64,000 bases of DNA from Desulfomonilia bacterium (GCA_963664325.2 CAXXDQ010000007.1:640001-704000), one strand, 5' to 3'. Positions 48,623 to 58,535 are shown, numbered from the stretch's first letter. The notes: generated by a model from the sequence alone, not told the origin. Made by a program: numbers and translations.

Positions 48623-51067
48623 ATGCCTTACATATGCCCTATGAGTTTTTTCTTAAAACTATTCGGAATTAAAAAGGAAACGGCAAACGTCACGTCTCCG
48701 GCAAAACGCCTCAAGGTCCTGCCGGTTCTGCCTTTAAAGGATACCATCCTTGTTCCCGGTGCCCTTCTGCCTCTTCTGGTCTCAAATTCCGCATCGATAG
48801 AGCTTGTCAGGAGGTTTCACGAAAAGAATGAACCTTTCATAGCCGTCGGGATCAGGAATTCCAAATCCGCGAATACGGACATATGGGAGAGCATCTTCAG
48901 GACAGGCTGCCTGGCTTACATAGTAAAGCTCACCGAGAACGATAACGGGGAGGTCTCTATCATGGTCAGGGGAGACCACAAGGTCTTTCTTGAAAGCAAG
49001 GTCGAAACGTCACCTCTGCTCAAGGCCGGCGTGATATACTTTGATGATGACCTGGGCGTCACCCGTGATGTCCAGGCGCTGGTTCATTCAACCGTTCAGG
49101 CGCTCGATCAGCTTGCAAGGCTTTCCTACCATGGCATGGATTCGGCAATAGCAGGCATGGCTAAAATAAGAGACCCGCTTGTGCTGTTGAGCACGGTTAC
49201 AACAACCCTGCCTCTTCCTGTTGAAAAAAAACAGCAGGTGCTTGAGCTGAAGTCCCTTGCCGACAAGTTTTCCCTGCTCCATCAGGTGCTTAGGGATGAA
49301 CTGGACATACTCGAGACTTCCTCCCGCATAACGGAAAAGGCAAAAGGCGACATCAGCCATGCCCAGAGGGAGTATTATTTAAAACAGCAGATGAAGGCCA
49401 TCAAGAAAGAGCTGGGAGAATCGCCCGAGACTGAAAACGAGATCGAGGATCTGAAAAAGGAGATCGAGGCCAAAAACCTGCCCGAGGCTGTCAAAAAGGA
49501 CGTTGACAAGGATATAAAGCGCCTTGCCCGGATGCAGCCGGGTTCCGCCGAATATGTGACGGTCCGTACATACATGGATTGGATACTCGAACTTCCGTGG
49601 CACGAACAGAGCGAAGACGAACTTGACATAGCACGCGTCGAATCCATTTTGAACGAAGACCATTTCGATTTGAAGCGCCCCAAGAAACGCATCATGGAGT
49701 ATCTGTCCGTAAAGAAACTGAAGAACGACATGAAAGGCCCCATCCTCTGCTTCACGGGTCCGCCGGGGGTTGGCAAGACATCACTGGGCCGTTCGATAGC
49801 GCGGGCCATGGGCAGAAAATTCGTCCGCATTTCCCTTGGCGGCATACGCGACGAGGCTGAAATACGCGGACACAGGCGGACCTACATAGGGGCCCTGCCC
49901 GGACGGATCATCAACGGCATGAAGACCTCGGGCACGACAAATCCCGTTTTCATGCTTGACGAGATAGACAAGCTTACGAGGGACATGCACGGGGACCCTG
50001 CTTCCGCTTTGCTTGAGGCGCTCGACCCCGAACAGAACTCTCATTTCACCGACCACTATCTCAATGTGCCCTACGACCTTTCCAAGGTTTTGTTCATCAC
50101 GACTGCAAACGTGACCGATTCGATTCCCGAGGCCCTCAGGGATAGGATGGAAATCGTCGAAATAGAAGGCTATACGCAGGAAGACAAGCTCAGGATCGCG
50201 AACGGATACCTGCTTCCCAAGGAACTCGAGGCGAACGGCCTTTCGCAGTTCGGCATAAGTTTCGATGACGAGGCCATCACTCACATAATAAGACATTACA
50301 CTAGGGAATCGGGAGTGCGCAACCTGCAGCGTGAAATAGCATCGGTGCTCAGGGCCATCGCATCCCGGATCGCCAGGGGCGGCGAACCAGTAAAAAAAGT
50401 GGACATCCCATTTATTGAAGAGTCATTGGGAGCGATAAAATACCTGCCAGACGCAAGAAAGCGTACGCGGATACCCGGTATATCAACCGGCCTTGCCTGG
50501 ACGCCGTACGGCGGAGAAGTCCTTTATGTCGAATCCGCGCTGGTTGACGGAAAAGACGAGATGATCCTCACCGGACAGATCGGGGATGTCATGAAGGAGT
50601 CGGCCCGCATCGGCCTCAGCCTTATTAGAGGCATGGGGATTGTCCTGCCCAAGGAAAAAACCCTGCACATCCATGTGCCCGCCGGGGCCATACCCAAAGA
50701 CGGCCCTTCCGCAGGCGTCACCATCGTGTCTTCCCTCTACTCGCTGCTGACAGGCCATGTGGCTGCAAACAACCTGGCCATGACCGGCGAGGTCACACTG
50801 AGGGGAATCGTCCTGCCTGTAGGCGGTATCAAGGAAAAGGTGCTTGCGGCAAAAAGGGCCGGCATAAGCACGGTCATCCTGCCGAAGATGAACGAAAAGG
50901 ATATTCTTGAGATTGAGCCTGAAGTGCTGGGAGATATTCAGACTGTATATGTCGAATGCATAGAGGACGTGCTCAACATAGCCTTTGAAGGGAATTGCCA
51001 GCCCGGACGAGGTCACCTTCCCGGGCAAGATGACAAGACGGCAAACAGTACTGTCGGGGTTTCCTGA
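48623..51067 (+). CDS. lon: ATP-dependent Lon protease
   Basis: LON N-domain, GPPGVGKTS, HRRTYIGA, DEIDK, PKDGPSAG, GGIKEK. Confidence 0.97.
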   Translation: MPYICPMSFFLKLFGIKKETANVTSPAKRLKVLPVLPLKDTILVPGALLPLLVSNSASIELVRRFHEKNEPFIAVGIRNSKSANTDIWESIFRTGCLAYIVKLTENDNGEVSIMVRGDHKVFLESKVETSPLLKAGVIYFDDDLGVTRDVQALVHSTVQALDQLARLSYHGMDSAIAGMAKIRDPLVLLSTVTTTLPLPVEKKQQVLELKSLADKFSLLHQVLRDELDILETSSRITEKAKGDISHAQREYYLKQQMKAIKKELGESPETENEIEDLKKEIEAKNLPEAVKKDVDKDIKRLARMQPGSAEYVTVRTYMDWILELPWHEQSEDELDIARVESILNEDHFDLKRPKKRIMEYLSVKKLKNDMKGPILCFTGPPGVGKTSLGRSIARAMGRKFVRISLGGIRDEAEIRGHRRTYIGALPGRIINGMKTSGTTNPVFMLDEIDKLTRDMHGDPASALLEALDPEQNSHFTDHYLNVPYDLSKVLFITTANVTDSIPEALRDRMEIVEIEGYTQEDKLRIANGYLLPKELEANGLSQFGISFDDEAITHIIRHYTRESGVRNLQREIASVLRAIASRIARGGEPVKKVDIPFIEESLGAIKYLPDARKRTRIPGISTGLAWTPYGGEVLYVESALVDGKDEMILTGQIGDVMKESARIGLSLIRGMGIVLPKEKTLHIHVPAGAIPKDGPSAGVTIVSSLYSLLTGHVAANNLAMTGEVTLRGIVLPVGGIKEKVLAAKRAGISTVILPKMNEKDILEIEPEVLGDIQTVYVECIEDVLNIAFEGNCQPGRGHLPGQDDKTANSTVGVS

Positions 51068-51089
51068 TAACCAGATCCGTGTTCCAGGA

Positions 51090-51674
51090 CTACCACAATA
51101 TTCCGAATGAGGCAGCGGCCCCGACCTTATTGTCATAGCCTACCTGCATGGTGTAATTTTTGAGGAAATAGCCGATCCCGCCTCCGACAAAGACACCGGG
51201 CTCGTTCATCTGATTGTTTGCAGGACCCTCATCGCCGTTCAATTCTACACCGCCCGAGGCCAGAAGGAATATACCGGAGTCCTTTTCAGCTTCTATTCCG
51301 CTCTTTATGTAAAGACCGTTATTGGGGGTTTTAAAATTCTGAATACTCTCATTGCTGTCAAAACTCTTTATAAATGACAGCTTCCTGGGCAGGGAACACC
51401 CCATCGAATTGACGTATTTCATTATTGCACTGTCAGAATAACCGCTTATCTTTACCAGCAGGTGGCCGTCGTTAATCCGGGTTACACCGTTGTCACCGAT
51501 CTCCAGGCCTCCCAGAATTCCCGAACCGCCGGCAGTAACCAGCTTTTCAATCAACAAAGTATTCGGCTTGTCAGGGACGACGTTATCCGATTGAGCGGAC
51601 ATGTCCACACCCGATGCAAACAGCGTCACCGGGAAACAGATAAAAATCAGAAGAACCAGGTATATTCTGTTCAT
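51090..51674 (-). CDS. Exported protein, possibly outer-membrane beta-barrel
   Basis: Signal peptide, C-terminal amphipathic beta strands ending in Trp. Confidence 0.7.
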   Translation of the reverse strand: MNRIYLVLLIFICFPVTLFASGVDMSAQSDNVVPDKPNTLLIEKLVTAGGSGILGGLEIGDNGVTRINDGHLLVKISGYSDSAIMKYVNSMGCSLPRKLSFIKSFDSNESIQNFKTPNNGLYIKSGIEAEKDSGIFLLASGGVELNGDEGPANNQMNEPGVFVGGGIGYFLKNYTMQVGYDNKVGAAASFGILW

Positions 51675-51689
51675 ATGGTCTTATAATTG

Positions 51690-51705
51690 AGCAAATACAG
51701 TGCCA
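51690..51705 (-). promoter_or_regulatory. Sigma54 -24/-12 promoter
   Basis: Minus strand TGGCACTGTATTTGCT fits TGGCAC-N5-TTGCW exactly. Confidence 0.8.
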
Positions 51706-51768
51706 TAATATTAAGCCTGTCAATTCAATGCATTATGGATAATCCGGGGTTCTCGAAGCTGCCTGGTA

Positions 51769-51804
51769 TGTAATTCTTTTCACAGGAATGTAAAGATGGT
51801 TACA
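51769..51804. promoter_or_regulatory. Tandem enhancer-binding-protein sites (TGT-N10-ACA x2)
   Basis: TGTAATTCTTTTCACA (51769-51784) and TGTAAAGATGGTTACA (51789-51804), 20 bp apart, about 65-100 bp upstream of the -24 box. Confidence 0.6.
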
Positions 51805-51941
51805 ATAAATACGTGTTTGTTCTGCCTCTTGATTACAATAATGTCACCTGCCCGTTTTCCATGCGGCTGGGACCTTCAGGAGGCAGGCATGTGGAAGCAT
51901 GGAATATGATATTCCAAACAGCATTCACATCATCGGGCGAA

Positions 51942-52433
51942 TTATTCCCAAATCCCCTGCGTCATTTCACCGCATGAAACTGGTTCGAAAGAATCAAAAG
52001 AAATGTCCCTGACCGTTTGCATATCCTTCCACAGCAGGTCATGTCCTTTTGTCCCGCGGGCAAGCTTTACATGATCCTGCCACATTAAAATTTCGCTTTC
52101 TGTCGCCTTTCTCTTTTTCCCGGCTGAACCCATGAGCCTTACGGCGGGAGGCGCCGCAAATCTTCCTGCAAAAAGCGATTGCTGCCAGAATGCCAGATTG
52201 TTGTTTACCACGAGGATGCAGACCCTGGAGGTCCGCTTGATATTTTTTGACAGGCTGACAGGAAACTCGTCGAAGAAGAAACCCGTCTTATCATCACGGA
52301 GAAACAGGGCCCCGATAGGTGTTATATGGGGAGTGCCGTCTTCGTTAACGGTTGCGACAGCAAAATACAGAGAATTGCCCCTGCTCTCCCTGAACAAGGC
52401 CTGTATCGTTTCCCAGTTATTACCGATTTCCAT
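51942..52433 (-). CDS. Pyridoxamine 5'-phosphate oxidase-like FMN-binding protein
   Basis: VATVNEDGTPHITPIG split-barrel motif; RBS AGGAGGTG. Confidence 0.85.
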   Translation of the reverse strand: MEIGNNWETIQALFRESRGNSLYFAVATVNEDGTPHITPIGALFLRDDKTGFFFDEFPVSLSKNIKRTSRVCILVVNNNLAFWQQSLFAGRFAAPPAVRLMGSAGKKRKATESEILMWQDHVKLARGTKGHDLLWKDMQTVRDISFDSFEPVSCGEMTQGIWE

Positions 52434-52801
52434 AACTCACCTCCTGTTGATCTGTCACATTTAAAGACCTGCAACCAATCCCGGAATTACAGGTAAGGAA
52501 TCCAGGGCTCCAGCCGGTCAGGTTTATTTTTATCTCCGTTAAAACAAGTTATTATAACGGCTGTAAAGAGACAATAGCATATATGTCCCGCATAAACAAC
52601 GCAGCAGGGCATTTTCACAGACAGCCGGCCAGAGTCTGGCGTTTCTTATAATCGACTGGCTGCCTTGTAATAATCCTGTTCCGTCTCAAGGAAAAACTTC
52701 CGCAGGAAAGCCCCGTTTCCACTGGATTTAAACTTTTCTATCCAATATAATTCCAATCACCTAAATTTTTAACCGGATCGACAGCAGAAAGGAGGTTTCC
52801 A

Positions 52802-53788
52802 GTGACGTTACCTAAAAGTGAAGCCAGAACATTCGGGAAACAAGCGTGGGATACCGGAAAATTCACAGTGCAGATGTCATTCGCCGGAAACTCAGGCGCC
52901 ATGAAGATGATGGCTCTTCTGGCATTGATTGCGTTCATCATGTTTGCGGCCGGCTGCGGGGGCGGCAAATACTACAAGATCACCCAGACCGAAACGGGCA
53001 AAACCTATTATTCAAAAGAAGTGAAAATGAAGAAAGACGGCATGGTCATTTTCAATGTCGCAGGGACCGACAAGGAAATGAAACTGAACAAGGCCAATGT
53101 CGAGACCATTTCCAAAAAGGAATTCATTGAAGGTCTGTCCTTTGGAACTTCCGCCGGGGCGCCGGTGCCTGACATATGCAGTTCCGCAACAGGTGTAAAC
53201 TTTGTCGTAACCAACAACTGCGGGACCACCCGGACCGTACTTGTCAGCAGCAATGAACAGCAGTATTCACCCGCCTGCCTGCAGAATATCGGGCCTGGGA
53301 AAACAACAAAAATCATCATGCTTCCAACAGACAACAACTATGCATTCTGGGTTGGGGATTACGGCTCGGCGACATTATGCGAGCTGACTCTCCAATCCAA
53401 CTGGCAGAGCTACAATATTTCCTTTAACCAGGGTTTCAATATAGGCATGACGCTTGTTGCACCTGTTGGAATGGTAGTCCCTAGGATCGTCGCAAAAACA
53501 AGCAAGGCTTATGGCGCATACCCACTGGAGGCAACGCTCCCGAAATGCTATACAGCACCCTGCTATCAGCCGAATTACGGGGCACCGCCGATGGGTGGAA
53601 CCTACCATCTGTATCTTTGCAACAGGCCTGAAGACAAGGCCAGCACGCCAGGGCCTTACGGGTGCAAACTGAACGGGTGCCCGCCGGATGGAGATATGAG
53701 CAAATGTCCGGACTGGCAATCGCTGCCATGTCAGGGGACTCCGAAACTGACGGGCGGGGATTGCGCAGAGTCGTGCCCCGGAACTTAG
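52802..53788 (+). CDS. Lipoprotein: small beta N-domain + thaumatin-like domain + Cys-rich tail
   Basis: RBS AAAGGAGG before GTG 52802 (alternative ATG 52901); lipobox AAGC; FVVTNNC, ATLCELTL, YNISFNQGFNIGM, YHLYLC resemble thaumatin motifs. Confidence 0.7.
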   Translation: MTLPKSEARTFGKQAWDTGKFTVQMSFAGNSGAMKMMALLALIAFIMFAAGCGGGKYYKITQTETGKTYYSKEVKMKKDGMVIFNVAGTDKEMKLNKANVETISKKEFIEGLSFGTSAGAPVPDICSSATGVNFVVTNNCGTTRTVLVSSNEQQYSPACLQNIGPGKTTKIIMLPTDNNYAFWVGDYGSATLCELTLQSNWQSYNISFNQGFNIGMTLVAPVGMVVPRIVAKTSKAYGAYPLEATLPKCYTAPCYQPNYGAPPMGGTYHLYLCNRPEDKASTPGPYGCKLNGCPPDGDMSKCPDWQSLPCQGTPKLTGGDCAESCPGT

Positions 53789-53795
53789 GCCCGGG

Positions 53796-54593
53796 ATGAA
53801 TCCGGTGAACGGCGCCATGAGAACCAGAATTATTGCTCTTCCGGTATTGCTGGCGTTCCTGTGGGCTTTGGCGGGCTGCGGGGGCGGAAACTATTACAAG
53901 GTCACCCAGAACGATACCGGCAGAATCTATTATTCAAAAGATGTCAAAATGAGGGACGACGGCAGGGTGGTTTTCAATGAAGAAGGCAGCGGCAAAAAGG
54001 TAAAGCTGGAAAAAGCCAGTGTCCAGACCGTTTCCAGAGAGGAATTCAACTATGCCCTGTCCAGCAGCATTTATATCGACAATCAGATCGCCAAAAGCAG
54101 CGCCTCTCCCTGTATATACGCAAGATCAGATGGAGTCGTGTCGTTGTTTAACCCCAACCGTCTTGATTTGAGCCCGGGCAAGACCGGGCCTTATACAATT
54201 CCGGGCGGGCAGTTCGGTTTGCAGGTAAACTTCTGGTACTGGGCCCAGGACCGGTACATGAATCATGCCGTCGGCACATGGGACTGCTCGGATATCGGAA
54301 AGGGCACATGCAATAATCCCGACAACTCGGGAGGACAGTTCGTCATGGGAAAGAACTGCACAATTGCATCGATGAGCCCGCCCGTGTTCGGGGTCGGCAA
54401 GGAGACATACATCATAGCCGACATCTCGGCCGGGATGGACGGCGGCGGCCACTGCGTGGTCACCATCAAACCGAATCAGCATACCTCATGCGTTACCCCG
54501 GGATGCTGCGACTACGGCCTGTCGTCGCAGGGCAAGTGCAAAGAGGGTTCGCAGGGATCGTATGGTCCGGGATGCAAGTCGCCGCCACCCTGA
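53796..54593 (+). CDS. Lipoprotein paralog: same N-domain, different Cys-rich C-domain
   Basis: Lipobox LAGC; GCGGGNYYKVTQNDTGRIYYSKDVKM matches the upstream gene; 10 Cys in the C-terminal part. Confidence 0.75.
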   Translation: MNPVNGAMRTRIIALPVLLAFLWALAGCGGGNYYKVTQNDTGRIYYSKDVKMRDDGRVVFNEEGSGKKVKLEKASVQTVSREEFNYALSSSIYIDNQIAKSSASPCIYARSDGVVSLFNPNRLDLSPGKTGPYTIPGGQFGLQVNFWYWAQDRYMNHAVGTWDCSDIGKGTCNNPDNSGGQFVMGKNCTIASMSPPVFGVGKETYIIADISAGMDGGGHCVVTIKPNQHTSCVTPGCCDYGLSSQGKCKEGSQGSYGPGCKSPPP

Positions 54594-54617
54594 GGCATAA
54601 GCGGACATCAGTTAGTA

Positions 54618-55649
54618 TCAGCCCGGAATTCCCCATGAACAATAATATCTTTTAATCGCGGTCACTGCCTTTAGCGTGATCCATTTGCTGGGCTTTCCCT
54701 TCTCTTCGACATCGGCTTGAAAACGGCCGTTGAATGTGCTCTCAAGCAGCCATCTCCCATTCCCGTCCTGCTTTGAAATTGTAAGATCGACGGCCTCCTG
54801 CATTCTCTCATCGCGGCATCCGAGCTTTGTCAGAATTCCGAGAATCTCCAGGACGTCCGTCTGATACATCAGCGGGAAACCGAACTTTGTCCATCCGGGC
54901 CTGGATATTTTTGCAGGGTTGCTGCTCCTTTTATGGATGCGGTGCTTCAGCAGGTATTCTGCGCCCCTTTCGATTGCGGCTTTTGCTTCTGGAGTTCTCA
55001 TGCCGCCGGGTATTTCAGAAAGCGCCTTCATCGCCTTGACAACGCCCATGTGGCACGTGTGCCTTCCCCAGCACATCTCGTATTTGTCGTATGGCCAGCC
55101 CTGAGGTGGATTAGCAGTCCTGTCGTCGAACCTCTGATACCGCGTGATCCATTCGATTCCATGGCGAACTCTCGGGTCATTTAAATATCCCAATCTGATA
55201 AGGCTCCACACCATGTTTCCGGTCAGGCAGGGAATTACCTCGCTGTGTCTTCCCCCGCCAGTCTTTGCGGCGCGATGCATTGAAAACCCGCCGCTGCCCC
55301 TGTCCTGTGAGTTTTCGATGATGAACTCGCAAGCGCTTTTGATCCGCTCGTCTTCCGGATCGGCCATGAGCTCCGCAAGTATGATCAGCTGCCAGACGCT
55401 CCCCTTGTATTTGGCCGTGTAAAAACTGTCGGGCTTGTCCCAGTATCCGCCTTTCTCCTGCCTCGCCAATATCTTGGGGGCAATGCCGGTTTTCATGATA
55501 TCGGCCTTTGCTTTTTTTACTTCGGGGTCCGTGGCAGACATTCCGAGCAGATCCGTCACGGTCAGGAATCTTACTGAAGGATTATCTTCTTCCAAAAGCC
55601 AATCCGTGGGATCGGCCTTTAAATACTTTTCCCATTCGCTGCAACTCAT
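54618..55649 (-). CDS. Prenyltransferase/squalene-cyclase-repeat alpha/alpha-barrel hypothetical protein
   Basis: DWLLEEDNPSVR, QxxxGxW repeats, FPLMYQTD, GKPSKWITL. Confidence 0.75.
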   Translation of the reverse strand: MSCSEWEKYLKADPTDWLLEEDNPSVRFLTVTDLLGMSATDPEVKKAKADIMKTGIAPKILARQEKGGYWDKPDSFYTAKYKGSVWQLIILAELMADPEDERIKSACEFIIENSQDRGSGGFSMHRAAKTGGGRHSEVIPCLTGNMVWSLIRLGYLNDPRVRHGIEWITRYQRFDDRTANPPQGWPYDKYEMCWGRHTCHMGVVKAMKALSEIPGGMRTPEAKAAIERGAEYLLKHRIHKRSSNPAKISRPGWTKFGFPLMYQTDVLEILGILTKLGCRDERMQEAVDLTISKQDGNGRWLLESTFNGRFQADVEEKGKPSKWITLKAVTAIKRYYCSWGIPG

Positions 55650-56104
55650 TCAGCCGCTTTTTCCCCGGCAAGGATTCTTCTTTTCATTGCAAGAAGTTTC
55701 CTGATGTCTGCAAGGGTCGTTTCTTTATCGGCATGCAATTTAAGCCATTTCCCGTCGTGGTAGGTCTTTGCGTCGTCATATGATCTCATTGTCAAAGCGG
55801 ATATTTCTTTTCTGATCGTCTCCACCTTCAGCCTTTCATCGGCGCCGAAAACAATGAGAACCACAAGCCTGCCTTTTTCAGGAATGAGCGTGCAGAAGGA
55901 CTTGCTCTTTTTGTACCTCAGCGACCACCCGTGCTTTTTCCCGCCATATAGCCATTCCGGGTTGAAAATGCCAGGATAGCTCCGGCTTATCCAAACAGAC
56001 ATTTCAAGCCAGTATTTGTAAGCTTTCCTCCCCAGCCACGCCTCGATAACTTCGGGCGTCGGCGGTGTCCCCGGCCCGGTCAGGCGCACGGCATCGTCAC
56101 TCAT
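55646..56104 (-). CDS. DUF3788 family protein
   Basis: EWLYGGKKHGWSLRYKKSKSFCTLIP, YHDGKWL. Confidence 0.8.
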   Translation of the reverse strand: MSDDAVRLTGPGTPPTPEVIEAWLGRKAYKYWLEMSVWISRSYPGIFNPEWLYGGKKHGWSLRYKKSKSFCTLIPEKGRLVVLIVFGADERLKVETIRKEISALTMRSYDDAKTYHDGKWLKLHADKETTLADIRKLLAMKRRILAGEKAAE

Positions 56105-56116
56105 GTCATCCCCTTA

Positions 56117-56587
56117 TCAGCTTTTGAGATCGCAGGCCATAGGCACGAATATGATGCCGTTCTTCTTCTGTGCAGGTCCGGTTGGCATGAATCCCATCCT
56201 TGAATAAACGGGCTCGGCGAACGGCGACGAATTGACGGTAATCGTTTTTATGTCAGGACGTCTTTTCAAGCAAACCTTTACGGCCCTTTTAAACAGCCCC
56301 TTTGCAATCCCCTCGCCCTGATTGCCGACAAAAAGCATCGCTATATGGTTGGTGGAGCGCATCTCGATGACACCCACGATATCCGCCCCCTTTTCAGCCA
56401 CTATGGCGACCTGTTCGGGCCCCCTGCGTCCGGCCATGGCCGCCGGATTCGCGAACTTGAAGAATTCATCGACGCCTTCCTGCCCGTAATCCGGCGCAAC
56501 AAATTCGTTGAACACCTTCTCGATCAGGGCACATGCCCTTCCCTCTTCCCCCTTCTTCATGAACCTATATTTAATGTCCATGTCCAT
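56117..56587 (-). CDS. GNAT family N-acetyltransferase
   Basis: HIAMLFV..QGEGIAK, ITVNSSPFA..VY..MGF. Confidence 0.88.
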   Translation of the reverse strand: MDMDIKYRFMKKGEEGRACALIEKVFNEFVAPDYGQEGVDEFFKFANPAAMAGRRGPEQVAIVAEKGADIVGVIEMRSTNHIAMLFVGNQGEGIAKGLFKRAVKVCLKRRPDIKTITVNSSPFAEPVYSRMGFMPTGPAQKKNGIIFVPMACDLKS

Positions 56588-56641
56588 TCCTTAAATACAG
56601 CCAAGCTAATTATTTATGAGCGTCCCTTCCTGTTCTCTCTT

Positions 56642-57256
56642 TTAAAACTGTGCGTTTACTATCGGGAGAAACGGGATTTTTCCTTTCTCTATGACATTGA
56701 CCAGTCCGATTTGTATGCCCTTCAACTCAATGCAGTAGTTGACGAGACCGATCTGAAGACCCTGCATTGATTCAGCCTGATTATAAATTACGCATGCCTG
56801 CAATCCTTTAACGTTCTTTGCGACGTTGACGCCCAGCAACAGACCCGATACCTGTGCGCCTGTCACATCACCGGCATAGTTGATGCCGGCAACCATTCCC
56901 GAAACCTGGATCCCGACGGTTTTGCCGTCAGCAATATTGACCCCTCCGAAAAAGCCGGCCAGCTGCAATCCGGAAAGCTCTTTTGTGATATTTACCCCGC
57001 CGAACGGGTATGCGCCTATTTGCGCACCTTTGAACCTGTTCGTGACCTGGTTGGCTACCCCGATATCAAGGCCGCTGACATTCTCGTTTAATCCATAAAG
57101 GAGGTTGATCCTTAGTCCCCGGACATCCGTCTTTTCAGGAAACACCTGTACCGGATTGACAAGTGCCAGCTGGACGGGCGTCCAATCTGACCCGTAAGCC
57201 GACGAGAATGCAGCGAAAGTAAGCACCATAAATATAAAAACCAGTATTTTTTTCAT
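56642..57256 (-). CDS. Exported beta-solenoid repeat protein (LA_2272-like)
   Basis: Signal peptide; repeated GxQ(I/L)G..N units; C-terminal Phe. Confidence 0.8.
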   Translation of the reverse strand: MKKILVFIFMVLTFAAFSSAYGSDWTPVQLALVNPVQVFPEKTDVRGLRINLLYGLNENVSGLDIGVANQVTNRFKGAQIGAYPFGGVNITKELSGLQLAGFFGGVNIADGKTVGIQVSGMVAGINYAGDVTGAQVSGLLLGVNVAKNVKGLQACVIYNQAESMQGLQIGLVNYCIELKGIQIGLVNVIEKGKIPFLPIVNAQF

Positions 57257-57436
57257 ACGCGTCTCCCATTCATTATTTCATCCCTTGTCTTTCTATATCA
57301 GGATTTGCCGTAAGACAGTAGCTGTTTCAGTAGGTGTAAAGTTCGGGTCTGAACAATGGATGATCATAACTTTACCAATGCTGCGGCCTTACTTGTTAAT
57401 GCTCATTCGACTGTCTTCCGGCCGAGTTTTCCCGAT

Positions 57437-57838
57437 TCAATCTTTCCAGTCTTCGATCTTCAAGTTGCTGATTCTGGAGAATTCACTTGTATTATTGGTT
57501 ACAAGGGTGAGGTCTCTAGCCATTGCCTGTGCGGCGATCAGCATGTCATAAGGCCCGATAAGCTTCCCTTCCCTTTTCAATTGGGCCCGTATAACGCCGA
57601 AATATTCCGCATCGATACCATCGAAATCAATTAGCTCGAAAGGCGCCAGGAGCTCTGTCAGTGATATCCTGTTTTTCTCAATATTCCGGCTGTTGTAGAC
57701 ACCGAACTGCAATTCAGCAACCGTTATGCTGGAGATACATACGTTGTCCTCTATAACGCTCTCAAGCCTTTTAAGCACATTGAGAGGTTTCCTGTTTATT
57801 ATGTAAATGCAGATGTTTGTATCTAGCAGATACATCAC
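57437..57838 (-). CDS. vapC: VapC PIN-domain toxin
   Basis: YLLDTNICI, ISSITVAEL, GPYDMLIAAQA, LVTNNTSEF. Confidence 0.95.
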   Translation of the reverse strand: MMYLLDTNICIYIINRKPLNVLKRLESVIEDNVCISSITVAELQFGVYNSRNIEKNRISLTELLAPFELIDFDGIDAEYFGVIRAQLKREGKLIGPYDMLIAAQAMARDLTLVTNNTSEFSRISNLKIEDWKD

Positions 57839-58065
57839 AGACCTTTTCTTTTCTGCATTCCGGGCTGCTTTCTTCCATCCTCCATGAAATCGCCGGTAAA
57901 GCTGTCAAGCCCGTGAAGGAATGTTTCCCAAACCTTGTCTCTTGGAAATATGATTACCGCATCCCCTACTTTCTGAACCAGTACGTCATTTCCTTCGAAC
58001 TTGCATTCTTTAGGCAAACGCACCGCCTGGCTGCGCCCGTTCTGAAATAATTTCGCTGTCAGCAT
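57835..58065 (-). CDS. vapB: VapB antitoxin (AbrB/MazE type)
   Basis: AKLFQNGRSQAVRLPKE; RBS GGAGGTGG before ATG 58065; overlaps vapC. Confidence 0.93.
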   Translation of the reverse strand: MLTAKLFQNGRSQAVRLPKECKFEGNDVLVQKVGDAVIIFPRDKVWETFLHGLDSFTGDFMEDGRKQPGMQKRKGL

Positions 58066-58081
58066 ATCCACCTCCGGTTTG

Positions 58082-58110
58082 GATATATACCTCGGTATAT
58101 ATCTTGTCAA
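58082..58110 (-). promoter_or_regulatory. vapBC promoter with operator palindrome
   Basis: Perfect inverted repeat GATATATACC-TC-GGTATATATC (58082-58103) directly after minus-strand TTGACA. Confidence 0.75.
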
Positions 58111-58535
58111 TACAAACACCACGGCTTGCCTTACGAGTAAAGCAAGAATTGAATCTTGCTGGTTCAAAAACCTCAATGCGTCATAACAAGATATTTTTTT
58201 GCAGTTTTGCCAGAAAGGCTTTTAGTGCAAATTTGAGGAAGAGACCTAAAAATTTATTTGCAGGTTTAAGTTATGTAGTTAGGAACGTTCCTACATTGCT
58301 TCCCAAATAGAGTAGAGTATGGACCAAAATGTGTAAGGCCTTGAAATGCGCTCAATGTCTACATCCCGGGAGAAACTTACTTCTTCTTCAGGAACTGCCT
58401 TTTAGATGATTATCAGGCCTTGAAATGGGACAATTGGTTGATTTGTCAAGGTTAAAGGCCTGACACCTTTAGGTCTGTTGGGGAAAGGTCAAGTACCGTT
58501 CACGTCAAGGTCTGACCCGTTTGGTTCTTGAGTTA

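Noticed and set aside
51769-51804. NifA sites implying nitrogen fixation
   Set aside because: TGT-N10-ACA is used by several enhancer-binding proteins and no nif genes are present.
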